Shown: positions 23,053 through 35,436 of the stretch, piece by piece
How positions within the stretch are numbered: the first letter of the stretch is position 1
How the letters are laid out: the number at the start of each line of letters is the position of its first letter
Source: Macrostomum lignano
Taxonomy: Eukaryota
NCBI GenBank assembly: GCA_002269645.1
Contig: NIVC01003040.1
Span: forward strand, 1 to 64,000
Direction of reading: 5' to 3'
Length of the DNA stretch: 64,000 nt
Notes under the pieces: model-generated
Seen by the model: the letters and a program-made list of their open reading frames with translations, nothing else
The model's database searches: none
What the model was told of the DNA's origin: nothing
Made by a program: the position numbers and the translations under genes

Positions 23053-25178
23053 TCAATCATCGATTTTTTCATCGCTCCAGTCGACGCGGGTGATCCGCAG
23101 GCGATGGTCTCCGGGGGCTCTGATGAGGCCGATTGATCCCAGCATCAGCTCCTCCAGCCTCTCCGGCTCGGCTTTCTCGGCGTCGCCCAGCTCAAATCGG
23201 AAGCGGCTGAGCAGCGAGCCGAAGAGGGTCAGCAGCTCGCGCTGCGCCAGCTGCTCGCCCAGGCAGGCCCGGCGCCCGATGCCGAAGCTCACGGCCTGGT
23301 CCAGCCGGCGGCAGCGCCCGGACTCCGGCTCGATGAACCTCTCGGGATTGAACCGCTCCGGCTCCGGGAAGTGCTCCGGGTCCCGGTGCGTGGCGAACAG
23401 GTTCAGCATCACGAAGTCGCTCGGCTCCACGGTGCAGCCCAGCACCTCCGTGGCCTGGGCAGTGCAGGTCAGGGGGCATGGTAGGGAGGGGCTTTTAGCG
23501 TATTTTGACCCCCCCCCCCAAATCCAAACCTTAGCTGCTGACCCGCCAGCCCTCACCCTGGGCTGCTGATCCCCCAATCCTCACCCTGGGCTGGTGACCC
23601 CCCCAGCCTTCACCCTGGGCTGCTGACCCCCCCTCCCAGCCCTCACCCTGGGCTGCTGACCCCCCCAAGTCCCCACCCTAGTGACCCCCGAGTCCTCACC
23701 CTGACTACGCGGCTGTTGACCCCCAGTGGCAGCGGTACCACCAGGCGCAGAGTCTCCTCAATGAAGGCCCTGGTGAACGGCAGCTTCTCTCTGTCGGCCA
23801 TGCTGACTGGCCTCCAGTCGGTGCCGATGGCGGCGGCCACCTCCAGGCGGCAGCGACGCTGCATGTCGGGGTGCAGTGCGGCCATGAGCAGCAGCCAGCG
23901 CAGGCTGTTTGCGGATGTCTCGGTGCCGCCCAGGTAGATGTCGTAAGCGGAGCGGTACAGCTGGTAGTCGTCGAAGGTGCCAACGCTGCCGGTCTCCCGG
24001 AGCTGTCGCTGCTGCTCCAGCAGGTAGGCCTCGACATAGTTGGCCGGCTGGCTGTCCGGGTCCGTCCAGAAGTTCGGATCCAGCCGGCCGGCCCGGACAG
24101 CCTCCACTCGGGTGCGCATGAACTCCAAAACCCAATTGTTGCTGCGGTCCAGAGCTCGAGCCCCGGACGACAGGGCCAGCATAGGCCGGATGGGGAGCCA
24201 GGGGTAGCAGGTGATGAGCAGGGTGACAAAGTCTCCGTGGGTCAGCGTGCTGAGGTGGGACACGTACTCCGACAGCTCACTGTCTGAGTAGTCGGCTCGG
24301 GTTGAGAAGAGCAGCTGAGAGATGACGTTAACAATGGCCCGCGTGATCAAGTCTGAAGGCGGGGAGGGGGGCGGGTGAGCAGAGTTTTCAGTAGAATAGG
24401 GCACAGCAAGAATGCAGTCAAGCCAGATAAAACTGCTCCAATCTGAACTCTTAAACCAGAAAATGCGAATGACGCACGAGACGGCCATTGGGGCAAAGTA
24501 AAAATTTGGCCAAGTAAGCTGGACGGAAAACTGGTCAGACTGAGATTTCAAAGTTCCAAATGCTCTCTGCTCAGTACTGGAAGCGCGCACTCGAAAAGTT
24601 CGAAATTCTAAAAAAATTTCCTTACCACTCGCGTCGACTTCAGCCGACGCGCGGCCGTCGAGGGCGTCGGCCAGCGCATCCAGCAGACTGCGGCACTCCG
24701 CCTCGATCAGCGCCTCCGCCTGCGGCCCGCCGAGGCCCAGCCGGCGGAAGGCGCGCACGGCGAATCGACGATGCTCCGCCCAGAGAGGCCCGTCGGACAT
24801 GGCGAGGCCGCGCTTCCTTGACAGGTAGCGGAAGAACGGCGTGTCCATGCGGTAGCCAAAGGCGTCGCCGCGGCCGATCAGCGCCTCGCGCAGGGCGGCG
24901 TGGCCGCTGATGAGGACGAAGCGCTGCGTGCCGAGCCGGAAGGCCGTCACGGGGCCGAAGCGGCGGCTCAGGCCCTGCAGGTACAGGTGGAAGCGGAAGC
25001 GCCGGCCGAACCGCAGCGCTTTGGCAAAGAAGGCCGGCAGCTGGCCGAGAAATGGCGGCCCGCCGGGTCCTGGCGGAGTCCGGCCGCTTGAGAGCCGCAA
25101 CTGCCGCTGCCGCTTCTGCAAAAGCAGCAGCAGCAGCAGCAGTAGAAAGGACAGCGACAGTGCGAATTCGAGCAACAT
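23053..25178 (-). CDS. Cytochrome P450, clan 2 (CYP2-like), about 535 aa
   Basis: Exons 25178-24626, 24352-23700, 23454-23053 join in phase. N-terminal TM anchor plus PPGPGG hinge, WAEHRRF (WxxxR), I-helix GGTETSANSL, EETLR (ExxR), PERF, heme motif FGIGRRACLG. Confidence 0.95.
23550..23700. repeat. About 30-bp repeat (CCTCACCCTGGGCTGCTGACCCCCC..) in P450 intron 2, reiterating the splice donor
   Basis: On the minus strand each unit contains AGG/GTGAGG, the same as the real donor at 23700/23699. Confidence 0.8.
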
Positions 25179-25334
25179 GTTTGGCACTTCTTAGCCATGA
25201 AGGCTGGGCAGTGCAGGGCTTTCCCGGTGCTTTTATACCTTAATTAGCTCACGTGAGCAGAGTGCGGGCTGGGGTGCGCTGCTAGTCGTGCTCTGCCTCC
25301 CAGGTTGGATACAGACAGCTGACCCGCCCACGTA

Positions 25335-25732
<398 letters not shown>

Positions 25733-26334
25733 CCTTCCTACTTTTACGGAATCGATTAGCCCAGTAAACTGTAACAACCAGGCTGTTGTAGGCCAAGAAC
25801 TTTTAGCGCAGTGCCCAGTGGCTTTCTGAGTTGCACCTGTGTGCTGCTGACGCATGAAAAGAATTTTTTTCCTACGGAAAAATACTTCCACAGCTGAGCA
25901 ACCCCTTCGGTCACAAGGCGCGGCCCAGCTCAAAAGCAACAAAAGACTTGCACTTTCCAATAAGATAATGGACCGAGGGACTGGGGGGGGGCAGTGACGC
26001 AGGGCTGACTCAGTTGGCCAGGTTGAGCAACAGGCGAGGCGAGGAAAGGCCAAAATGCTCAGCTCAGACGCAGAGACGGGGCGCTCGAAATGAAGCGAAC
26101 TGTGGGTTTGAAGAATGGCATTTCTATTCACGCTTGCCACTCTGTGAACTGTTGACGGGTTCGCATTTTTTTGAGTGCTTTTCTTATGTTTTAGCAGGCA
26201 GGTAACTGTTGCTGTGGTGGATTGAGCACAGGTTGGCTGCTCAGTTCTACGCTAGACAGTGCTGCTGATTGCCTCGCCTGCTTCTCCGATCTTGCAAATT
26301 TTTCTGGCAGAAATTATCTCCGACGTATGCAAGG

Positions 26335-27420
26335 AAATCACCCATCAAAAATAACCTATCAAAAATCGCCCATCAAAAATCACCGATCAAAAATCACCCA
26401 TCAAAAATACCCATCAAAAATACCCATCAAAAATACCCATCAAAAATAGCCTATCAAAAATCGCCCATCAAAAATCACCGATCAAAAATCACCGATCAAA
26501 AATACCCATCAAAAATAACCTATCAAAAATCGCCCATCAAAAATCACCGATCAAAAATCGCCCATCAAAAATACCCATCAAAAATAACCTATCAAAAATC
26601 ACCCATCAAAAATCACTGATCAAAAATCACCCATCAAAAATACCCATCAAAAATAGCCTATCAAAAATCGCCCATCAAAAATCACCCATCAAAAATCACC
26701 CATCAAAAATCACCCATCAAAAATCACCCATCAAAAATCACCCGTCAAAAATCACCCATCATAAATGACCTATCAAAAATCCCCCATCAAAAATCCCCCA
26801 TCAAAAATCGCCATCAAAAATCACCTATCAAGAAACGCCCGTCAACAATCGCCCGTCAAAAATCGCCCATCAAAAATACCCATCAAAAATCGCCCATCAA
26901 AAATACCAATCAAAAATCACCCATCAAAAATCACCGATCAAAAATCACCGATCAAAAATCACCCATCAAAAATCGCCCATCAAAAATACCAATCAAAAAT
27001 CGCCCATCAAAAATACCAATCAAAAATCACCCATCAAAAATCACCTATCAAAAAACGCCCGTCAACAATTGCCCGTCAAAAATCGCCCATCAAAAATACC
27101 AATCAAAAATCACCCATCAAAAATCACCCATCAAAAATCACCCATCAAAAATCACCCATCAAAAATCACCTATCAAGAAACGCCCGTCAACAATCGCCCG
27201 TCTAAAATCGCCCATCAAAAATATCCATCAAAAATCGCCTATCAAAAATCGCCCATCAAAAATATCCATCAAAAATCACCCATCAAAAATCACCCATCAA
27301 AAATCACCCATCAAAAATCACCTATCAAGAAACGCCCGCCAACAATCGCCCGTCAAAAATAACCCTTAAAAATCACCCATAAAAAATCCCTCATCAATAC
27401 TCGCCCATCAAAAATCGCCC
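26335..27420. repeat. 14-bp minisatellite (CACCCATCAAAAAT)n with variants
   Basis: Direct reading. Confidence 0.95.
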
Positions 27421-27894
27421 TAAAAACCCTTAATAAAGCCTTTAATAAAAAAAGTATCACCCTTGTCCACGCAGAATCAAAGCAAAAATCTCCCAGAGAT
27501 CAACAAGTGAGTTCTGCGGTTTACTGCAAGAAACAATGCAGCACACGCATTCCTACAGGTGTACTTTCAGTAGTGAGCAAAGAGCAGTGGCACTCAAACT
27601 GCAAGGGCAATGAGTGTCTCAGCAAGGCAATCTCGAACCCATTAGGCTGTTTAGCAATCCCCCTGTCCATTAGCCTCTCATGCTCTCGTAATTCCACTTT
27701 TCGCTTTTGCATACCGGAGTCAGTCCGGCGGCTAATTACTCCTGCCGGCTTCATCTTCTGCTCCGTCAACGGCGAGTAATGCGAGATGCGGCTGAACCGC
27801 CTGTGCGGCACTGAAGTGCTCCTGACGTCTTCTGTGGGAGCGGCTGACTGCTGAGGCTCGCTGCTCGCACTCTACCGCACTCACACTCGGACTC

Positions 27895-28535
27895 TCATTC
27901 TCACTCTCAGTCTCACTTTCAATCTCACTCTCAGTCTCAATCTCACTTTCAATCTGACTTTCAAATCTCAATCTCAATCTCAATCTCACTCTCTCAATCT
28001 CAATCTCAATCTCAATCTCAGTCTCAGTCTCACTTTCAATCTCACTCTCAGTCTCAATCTCACTTTCAATCTGACTTTCAAATCTCAATCTCAATCTCAA
28101 TCTCACTTTCAATCTCAATCTCACACTCAATCTCTCTCTCTCAATCTCACTCTCAATCTCAATCTCAATCTCAATCTCAATCTCAATCTCAATCTCAATC
28201 TCAGTCTCAGTCTCACTTTCAATCTCACTCTCAGTCTCAATCTCACTTTCAATCTGACTTTCAAATCTCAATCTCAATCTCAATCTCACTCTCAATCTCA
28301 ATCTCACTCTCATTCTCAATCTGAATCTCTCTCTCAATCTCACTCTCGATCTCAATCTCACTCTGACTCTCAATCTCTCTCTCTCAATCTTACTCTCAAT
28401 CTCAATCTTAATCTCAATCTCAATCTCTCTCTCTCTCTCAATCTAAATCTCACTCTCAATCTTAATCTCAATCTCAGTCTCACTCTCACACTCACTCTCA
28501 CTCTCAATCTCACTCTCACTCTTAATCTCACTCTC
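27895..28535. repeat. Degenerate hexamer repeat (CTCAAT/CTCACT)n
   Basis: Direct reading. Confidence 0.9.
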
Positions 28536-28914
28536 CAACCTCGCTCTCCTTGGCGTTCGCCTAGTCGTTATGAATGTCTAAATTAAAATTTTAATTTAAT
28601 TTAGACATGCAGACCGTAGCTTCTATTATTCATTTCGAACTCTGCAGTCTCACAAAGCTCCCTTAGTTGAGCATTTTTTCAGGCGGAACGGCAGGACTGA
28701 GAATGCAAGTCAGGGCGGCCCCTCAGGGACTCGTGCTCCCGCTGAATCGGGGGGTGGCTCAGGTTCAGAATGGCACGGTCGAGGCGAGTGACTGCTAGCC
28801 AGACTGCGGCTGAGTCTACTCAAATGTTGATTGAAGAGAGAAAGATGGGGATGTTCAGGACAGCGGGGCGAGTTTCACTCTGCAAAAAAACTTTTTTTCT
28901 ATCCAGAAATCCCC

Positions 28915-30213
28915 GACTCCGTGACAGCCTCGCCAAGTCCCATCTGTTGAGGGCTGTTTTTACACGGGCTCAGGACAGCCTCGCCAAGTCCCATCTGTTG
29001 AGGGCTATTTTTACACGGGCTCCGTGACAGCCTCGCCAAGTCCCATCTGTTGAGGGCTGTTTTTACACGGGCTCCGTGACAGCCTCGCCAAGTCCCATCT
29101 GTTGAGGGCTGTTTTTACACGGGCTCCGTGACAGCCTCGCCAAGTCCCATCTGTTGAGGGCTATTTTTACACGGGCTCCGTGACAGCCTCGCCAAGTCCC
29201 ATCTGTTGAGGGCTGTTTTTACACGGGCTCCGTGACAGCCTCGCCAAGTCCCATCTGTTGAGGGCTATTTTTACACGGGCTCCGTGACAGCCTCGCCAAG
29301 TCCCATCTGTTGAGGGCTGTTTTTACACGGGCTCCGTGACAGCCTCGCCAAGTCCCATCTGTTGAGGGCTGTTTTTACACGGGCTCAGGACAGCCTCGCC
29401 AAGTCCCATCTGTTGAGGGCTGTTTTTACACGGGCTCCGTGACAGCCTCGCCAAGTCCCATCTGTTGAGGGCTGTTTTTACACGGGCTCCGTGACAGCCT
29501 CGCCAAGTCCCATCTGTTGAGGGCTGTTTTTACACGGGCTCCGTGACAGCCTCGCCAAGTCCCATCTGTTGAGGGCTGTTTTTACACGGGCTCCGTGACA
29601 GCCTCGCCAAGTCCCATCTGTTGAGGGCTATTTTTACACGGGCTCCGTGACAGCCTCGCCAAGTCCCATCTGTTGAGGGCTGTTTTTACACGGGCTCCGT
29701 GACAGCCTCGCCAAGTCCCATCTGTTGAGGGCTATTTTTACACGGGCTCCGTGACAGCCTCGCCAAGTCCCATCTGTTGAGGGCTGTTTTTACACGGGCT
29801 CCGTGACAGCCTCGCCAAGTCCCATCTGTTGAGGGCTGTTTTTACACGGGCTCCGTGACAGCCTCGCCAAGTCCCATCTGTTGAGGGCTGTTTTTACACG
29901 GGCTCAGGACAGCCTCGCCAAGTCCCATCTGTTGAGGGCTGTTTTTACACGGGCTCAGGACAGCCTCGCCAAGTCCCATCTGTTGAGGGCTATTTTTACA
30001 CGGGCTCAGGACAGCCTCGCCAAGTCCCATCTGTTGAGGGCTGTTTTTACACGGGCTCAGGACAGCCTCGCCAAGTCCCATCTGTTGAGGGCTGTTTTTA
30101 CACGGGCTCAGGACAGCCTCGCCAAGTCCCATCTGTTGAGGGCTGTTTTTACACGGGCTCAGGACAGCCTCGCCAAGTCCCATCTGTTGAGGGCTATTTT
30201 TACACGGGCTCAG
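28915..30213. repeat. Highly homogeneous 51-bp tandem array, about 25 copies
   Basis: GACAGCC recurs at 28923 and 28974 (period 51). Translates as a 17-aa pseudo-repeat. Confidence 0.95.
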
Positions 30214-30559
30214 GAATGAGGCGCTGTGTCCCAGCCTCCCTTCTCCCCGCGCTGTCCCCGCTTCATCATTCCCGTCCCCCTATCATCATGGCTAGGCTGC
30301 TTTCACGGCAGTCCTTTGCTCTACTTGTCATTCGCTCACCGTGTGTGAGCACCGGCGGAGCTGGGAAGCTGGATTTAATGTCACTTTTCATTCTTTTATT
30401 CGATAGTGCAGTCTCGTTTCAAAACAGATTGAATGAAACATTGACCAACAGTTACGGGGTAGCGACGGGCGATGAAGGATGCCTGTACTTATGGTTTCTG
30501 TACTCTGGTAACTGGCTTTCATGCTTATCACCCGCCCATCTCCAGCTGCCCTTCTTCTT

Positions 30560-31220
30560 TGCCCTTTCTCTACCCTTTTCTCTACCCTCTTGTTTACCCT
30601 CGTCTGTACCCTTTTCTCTACCCTCTTGTTTACCCTCGTCTGTACCCTTTTATCTACCCTCCCCTTCTACCCTTTTCTCTACCCTCCCCTCTACCCTTTT
30701 CTCTACCCTCTTGTTCACCCTCGTCTCTACCCTTTTCTCTACCCTCCCTCTACCCTTTTCTCTACCCTCCCTCTACCCTTTTCTCTACCCTCCCCTCTAC
30801 CCTTTTCTCTACCCTCTTGTCTACCCTTTTATCTACCCTCCCCCTCTACCCTTTTCTCTACCCTCCCCTCTACCCTTTTCTCTACCCTCCCCTCTACCCT
30901 TTTCTCCACCCTCCCCCTCTACCCTTCTCTCTACCCTCTTGTCTACCCTTTTATCTACCCTCCCCTCTACCCTCCCCTTTACCCTTTTCTCTACCCTCCC
31001 CTCTACCCTCCCCTCTACCCTCCCCCTCTGCCCTCCCCTCTACCCTCCCCCTCTACCCTCCCCCTCTACCCTTCCCATCTACCCCTCTCCCTACCCTTCT
31101 CTTTACCATCTCCCTCTAACCCCCTCTACCCCTTTCTAGCCCCCCTCTACCCTCTCCCTCTACCCTCTCCCTCTTCCCTTTCCTCTACCCTTTTCTCTAC
31201 CTTCCCTTTACCCTCTGTCT
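30560..31220. repeat. CT-rich low-complexity repeat (CTACCCTCCCCTCTACCCTTTT-like)
   Basis: Direct reading. Confidence 0.9.
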
Positions 31221-31619
31221 CTCTTCTAAGACTTTGAAGTAAAAGTGTGGGCAGACTCACTGGCAGATGAAAAGCAAGAGTAAAAAACAGCAACGCTCAC
31301 GGAAAGCCAATAAAATACGTTTAAAAATGACAAAAAAACAGATTAAAAAATATTGCTAGTAAGTGCTCAGTCAGTGGTTCTGGCGCGCGACTGATGCAGG
31401 ACAAAATAAACTTCAAATAAAAATTGTCAACTCAGACCAGAGCCCCCACACAGTTCAACTGAATTATAGGGGAAACAGTGCGCAATTAAATTATCAGTGC
31501 ATGCGGGCGCCAACTCTCATTTCCATTATTGCTCCTGATAAGTGTTCTTTAATCGGACAGCCTTTCAGTATTTCAGTAACTACGAGTAGCTCTTCATTCC
31601 CAGTCCTTTTATTTGTGCC

Positions 31620-32190
31620 TAACCCTTACCCTAAACCTAGCCCTATCTCTAACCCTAGCCCCACCCCAACCCTAGCCCCCACCCCAACCCTAGCCCCACC
31701 CCAACCCTAGCCCCCAACCCAACCCTAGCCCCCACCCCAACCCTAGCCCCACCCCAACCCTAGCCCCCACCCCAACCCTAGCCCCCACCCCAACCCTAGC
31801 CCCCATCCCAACCCTAGCCCCACCCCAACCCTAGCCCCATCCCAACCCTAGCCCCACTCCAACCCTAGCCCCATCCCAACCTTAGCCCCACCCCAACCCT
31901 AGCCCCACCCCAACCCTAGCCCCATCCCAACCTTAGCCCCACCCCAACCCTAGCCCCACTCCAACCCTAGCTCTACCCCAACCCTAGCCCCACCCCAACC
32001 CTAGCCCCACCCCAACCCTAGCCCCACCCCAACCCTAGCCCCACCCCAATCCTAGCCCCAGCCTTACCCTAGCCCCACCCCAACCCTAGCCCCACCCCAA
32101 CCCTAGCCCCACCCCAACCCTAGCCCCACCCCAACCCTAGCCCCACCCCAACCCTAGTTCCAGCCCAACCCTAGCTCTAACCTTAGCCCT
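31620..32190. repeat. 18/19-bp C-rich minisatellite (CCCCACCCCAACCCTAGC)n with telomere-like AACCCT cores
   Basis: Direct reading. Starts with degenerate CCTAAC/CCTAAA/CCTAGC hexamers. Confidence 0.9.
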
Positions 32191-32300
32191 AGTAGACACA
32201 ACGTCAAAATTATATTTCGCTCAAGCCCCTCAGCGACTCCGCAGGGCAGGCAGGCAGGCAGGCAGGCAGAAGTTCACAGCTACCAGCCCCAGCCCATCAA

Positions 32301-32750
32301 TCAGTCCTGCTCTTTGATGGAGCCGAGATTCTGCAGCGCGACAAAATCGAAGGACTTTCGCCTGGCCCGATTAGCGTCCGGCGGCAGCGGCATCGTGTCG
32401 ATGGCCAACCGCTGCGCCGGGCTGGCCGGTTGTCGGGCCGACGCACCGCTCGTGTCGCCGCCGATGCCGGAGGCCGCTGCCGCGGCGCTCAGTCGCTCCA
32501 GCCGGCGCCGCAGCTCCTCCGGCTCGGCGTTCTCGTGCACCGCCGGCAGCGAGCGCGAGCGCGAATTGCGCGGCGACGGCGGCGTCAGGCGCTGAATGCA
32601 GCGGCGCGGCTCCACGATGTCCTCGTCGTCGGGCGCAGCGGCGGCGGTGGCGGCGCTTGCTGCACCCGAAGAGGGGCCCGCCGGCGCCTCGCCAGAGTCT
32701 TCGAGCTCAATGCGGATGCCCGGCAGGTTGGGGGCGGCCGGCGGCTCCAT
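32301..32750 (-). CDS. Hypothetical 149-aa low-complexity (probably disordered) protein
   Basis: ATG at 32750 (MEPPAAPNL). GC-rich codon usage like neighbouring true exons. A putative 5'-UTR acceptor (aatctcccag) lies near 32820. No recognisable domain. Confidence 0.55.
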   Translation of the reverse strand: MEPPAAPNLPGIRIELEDSGEAPAGPSSGAASAATAAAAPDDEDIVEPRRCIQRLTPPSPRNSRSRSLPAVHENAEPEELRRRLERLSAAAAASGIGGDTSGASARQPASPAQRLAIDTMPLPPDANRARRKSFDFVALQNLGSIKEQD

Positions 32751-34875
32751 GCTGGCAGCTCCCAGTCGAGTTGCTGCTGCGAGTTCAGGCGAAGGACGAT
32801 CTGTCAGGCCTGACAACCTGGGAGATTCCTCGGAAGCTGATGGGATTTTGCTATGCGCTACTCCCGCCTCGACTTCGGTAAAGGGATTTCTCTACTTTGC
32901 GGCTCGCCTTTCTATAATCCCTTTCTAGGAAACCTGGCCCTTATTAGTCGCGGGTATCTGTCCCGGGCCCTCTGTTCCTCCCCTTCGTCTTTATGGCTCT
33001 GCTCGGCCTTTGAGCCGGGCTTCCTCCGGGGCTGAAAAGAGAGGGGAAGAGAAGCCGATGGGAGAATGCGGCGGGTCGTTTTGATTCTCCCCTCCGCTCC
33101 CGTTCCCGCCGACTCCCCCCCCCCCCTGCATGCGGATCGCCCGCCTGCCTGTGAGCAGTCATTGGGCGCGGGGAGAATTCTTATGATCTGGGAGCTGGGA
33201 CAGCGGCAGCCGCACAATCCGGCACAGAGACCGCCTCTTGCGGCAACCCCTCGTCCCATCAGGAGGAGGCTGCAGCAGCGAGCTGAGCGTCAGATTACAC
33301 ATCTCCCGCTGTAGGGCTGGAGAACTCTGAAGTAAACTGCTTTGCAGCTGCTAAATGGGATTTCGAATTTACGGGGATCTGCGATTGTCCGTTCGTCACC
33401 TGTTTCGAAGCTCAATCCTTTAAAAATACCGATCCCTTTCTCCAACGCTCCTCATTCTCTACTCTCTCCACCCCATGTCATTTCTTCACGTCCAGAGGAG
33501 CGCTTTTCTCCGGAGTCATTTCCCCTCTCTTCCCCGCATAGCAGCTCGGCAAAGCAGTGTAGCCACACCCTCCCATAATGCACCGCTTCAAGCACATTCT
33601 GCGGCCATCTGCTCAGCGAATCGCACGCTGGCAGGTAAGGCCGGGTGCTGGTTGCTGCCCGATTCCGCCCCGCCTGCTGCGGCCCAGCCAAATAATGTCA
33701 CTTCTGTTCGCTCTGTCTGCCTCCTGAGGATGATGCGGTGGGACGGCCGCCCGGCAGAGATTAGGGAGAGCTTTGCTGCTGGCTGGGCGGCAGTGTGGCT
33801 GTCACAGGCCGCGGGCTGTTCCGAGCTGTCTGGAGATATACTTTGTCAGCGAGAGGTGGATGGGAACGGTGACAAACAGAAAGGGAGATGGGGAGGGGAG
33901 AGAAGGATCGAGAGAAGGGAGAGATGATGAGGGAAGAAAGGGGAAAAAGAGGGAGTATTCTATGGCGCGTTTACCGTCTCGAATAACCGCGTGTACTCCA
34001 ATTTGTACTTCGAGCTGTGTGAAAAGCAACCATCCAGTTGCCCCACAATGTATTTGCTGACCTCGGGCATGCCAGAATACCGGTACAGTTATGCTGTAGT
34101 TCGCGCAGGGCAGGACGGACTTCATTTAGAAAAATACAGTAAAAAGGAAAGGCAGGCGAAGATGAAGAGCAGTACAGAGCTGGAGCGCAGGAAACGAAGG
34201 ATCAGCGGGCCCGAGAGCAGGTGTTCCAATGAATGAATCTTACAGGGTCGGATTTCTAAGAAAATCGTACTTCGAATTTTTTTCTTCGAAAGCATTTTCT
34301 TGTCCGGATTAGCGATGGAGATCCGGGCTTGTGTAAGCCGAATAAATACATGAAAAATGATCCTTCTCAATTAGTTAATATACTTTTTAATTAGCAGAGG
34401 CCGGTGAGTGCTTCATGAGCTCTGCTTTCATGCGCCCGTTTTGGCCGTGTCTCGTAGCATTTCCTTACTCACCGCGCTGCCCCAACGAGAATAATTTGCA
34501 GCAAACAGAGGCTGCAGGCTGACTGCCTGTCAAATGGCCACAGAAAGGGCCGGGTGGAGGGGACGGGGTGAGAGGGGGGTTCAAGTCGAGAAAAGTTTTG
34601 CAGCGCAGGGACAGTTTGTTCGGCGAAGCTTCTGTCTGTCTCAGCCTCTCGCCTCTGGCAGTGCAAGCGTAGACCAAAGAGAGGGGGTTTAAAGACTTCT
34701 TGCTCAGCTTAAATATCATCATCTCAGCTCTGCTCAGCTGTCATTGCACTGCATCTTCTGGTTTTACTCACTCTGTAAAAGCAGCCAACAAGGTAAGTCG
34801 TTTGGACTCGATCGTGTCCTTCTTTACGTTTCGAGTAAAAGCCAGCCTGCTCAAAACTTTGCAGCCTCACACCAA

Positions 34876-35436
34876 ATGTCGGCATCGGCAGCCGGTTTCG
34901 CTCCCTTCAACCCGATGCTGGTGGAGTCGGACTTCCAGCTCAGGGCCGCGGTTGACAGCCTCAAGTGGCAGCTGGGCCAGCCGCTGCCGCCGCCGCCGCT
35001 GTCCCTGTCTGACTGCGCCCCGCTGGGCCTGCCGAGGCCGTACTATTGCTATGACGATTACTACTGCTATGGAGACCCGTACTACATGAACCGGCTGGAC
35101 CGCCTGCACTACAGCCAGGGCTACAGGGACGGCCTGGCTGCCTTCGCCCGAGGCGACCGCACCGACAAGGCGACGGCCGCTGACGCTACGCCGAGCCGTC
35201 CAGCGTCCGCTGCTCAGTCGGCGTCGAGCGCCAGTGGCGGCGCCAAAAAGATGTCGGCAGCCGCCGGCTACCCTGGCGACCTCATGGAGTTCCCGTCGGC
35301 CAGCTATCGGCGGCCTGTGGGCCCCGTGCCCGTCTCCAACTGCACCTCCTACGATGACCTGACGGCCGGCTGGCCCTACGGCTGCAAGCCGTTTTACTTC
35401 CGTCGCGCCGATCCGCCAAGCGTTCGCTACTGCTAG
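34876..35436 (+). CDS. Hypothetical 186-aa Tyr/Pro/Ala-rich protein
   Basis: ATG at 34876 follows a short 5'-UTR intron (gtaagt donor near 34792, tttgcag acceptor at 34864). GC-rich codon usage. No recognisable domain. Confidence 0.6.
   Translation: MSASAAGFAPFNPMLVESDFQLRAAVDSLKWQLGQPLPPPPLSLSDCAPLGLPRPYYCYDDYYCYGDPYYMNRLDRLHYSQGYRDGLAAFARGDRTDKATAADATPSRPASAAQSASSASGGAKKMSAAAGYPGDLMEFPSASYRRPVGPVPVSNCTSYDDLTAGWPYGCKPFYFRRADPPSVRYC

Noticed and set aside
23643-25187. The 514-aa ORF taken as a single-exon P450
   Set aside because: It reads through a 273-bp stop-free intron and lacks the PERF and heme motifs, which are in a separate exon (23454-23053).
27521-27880. GC-richer patch with ORFs between two repeat arrays
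   Set aside because: It could be an isolated exon, but the frame is ambiguous and there is no partner exon or motif.
28915-30213. CRISPR-like appearance of this and other regular arrays
   Set aside because: The units are contiguous with no unique spacers, there are no cas genes, and the context is a eukaryotic spliced genome.
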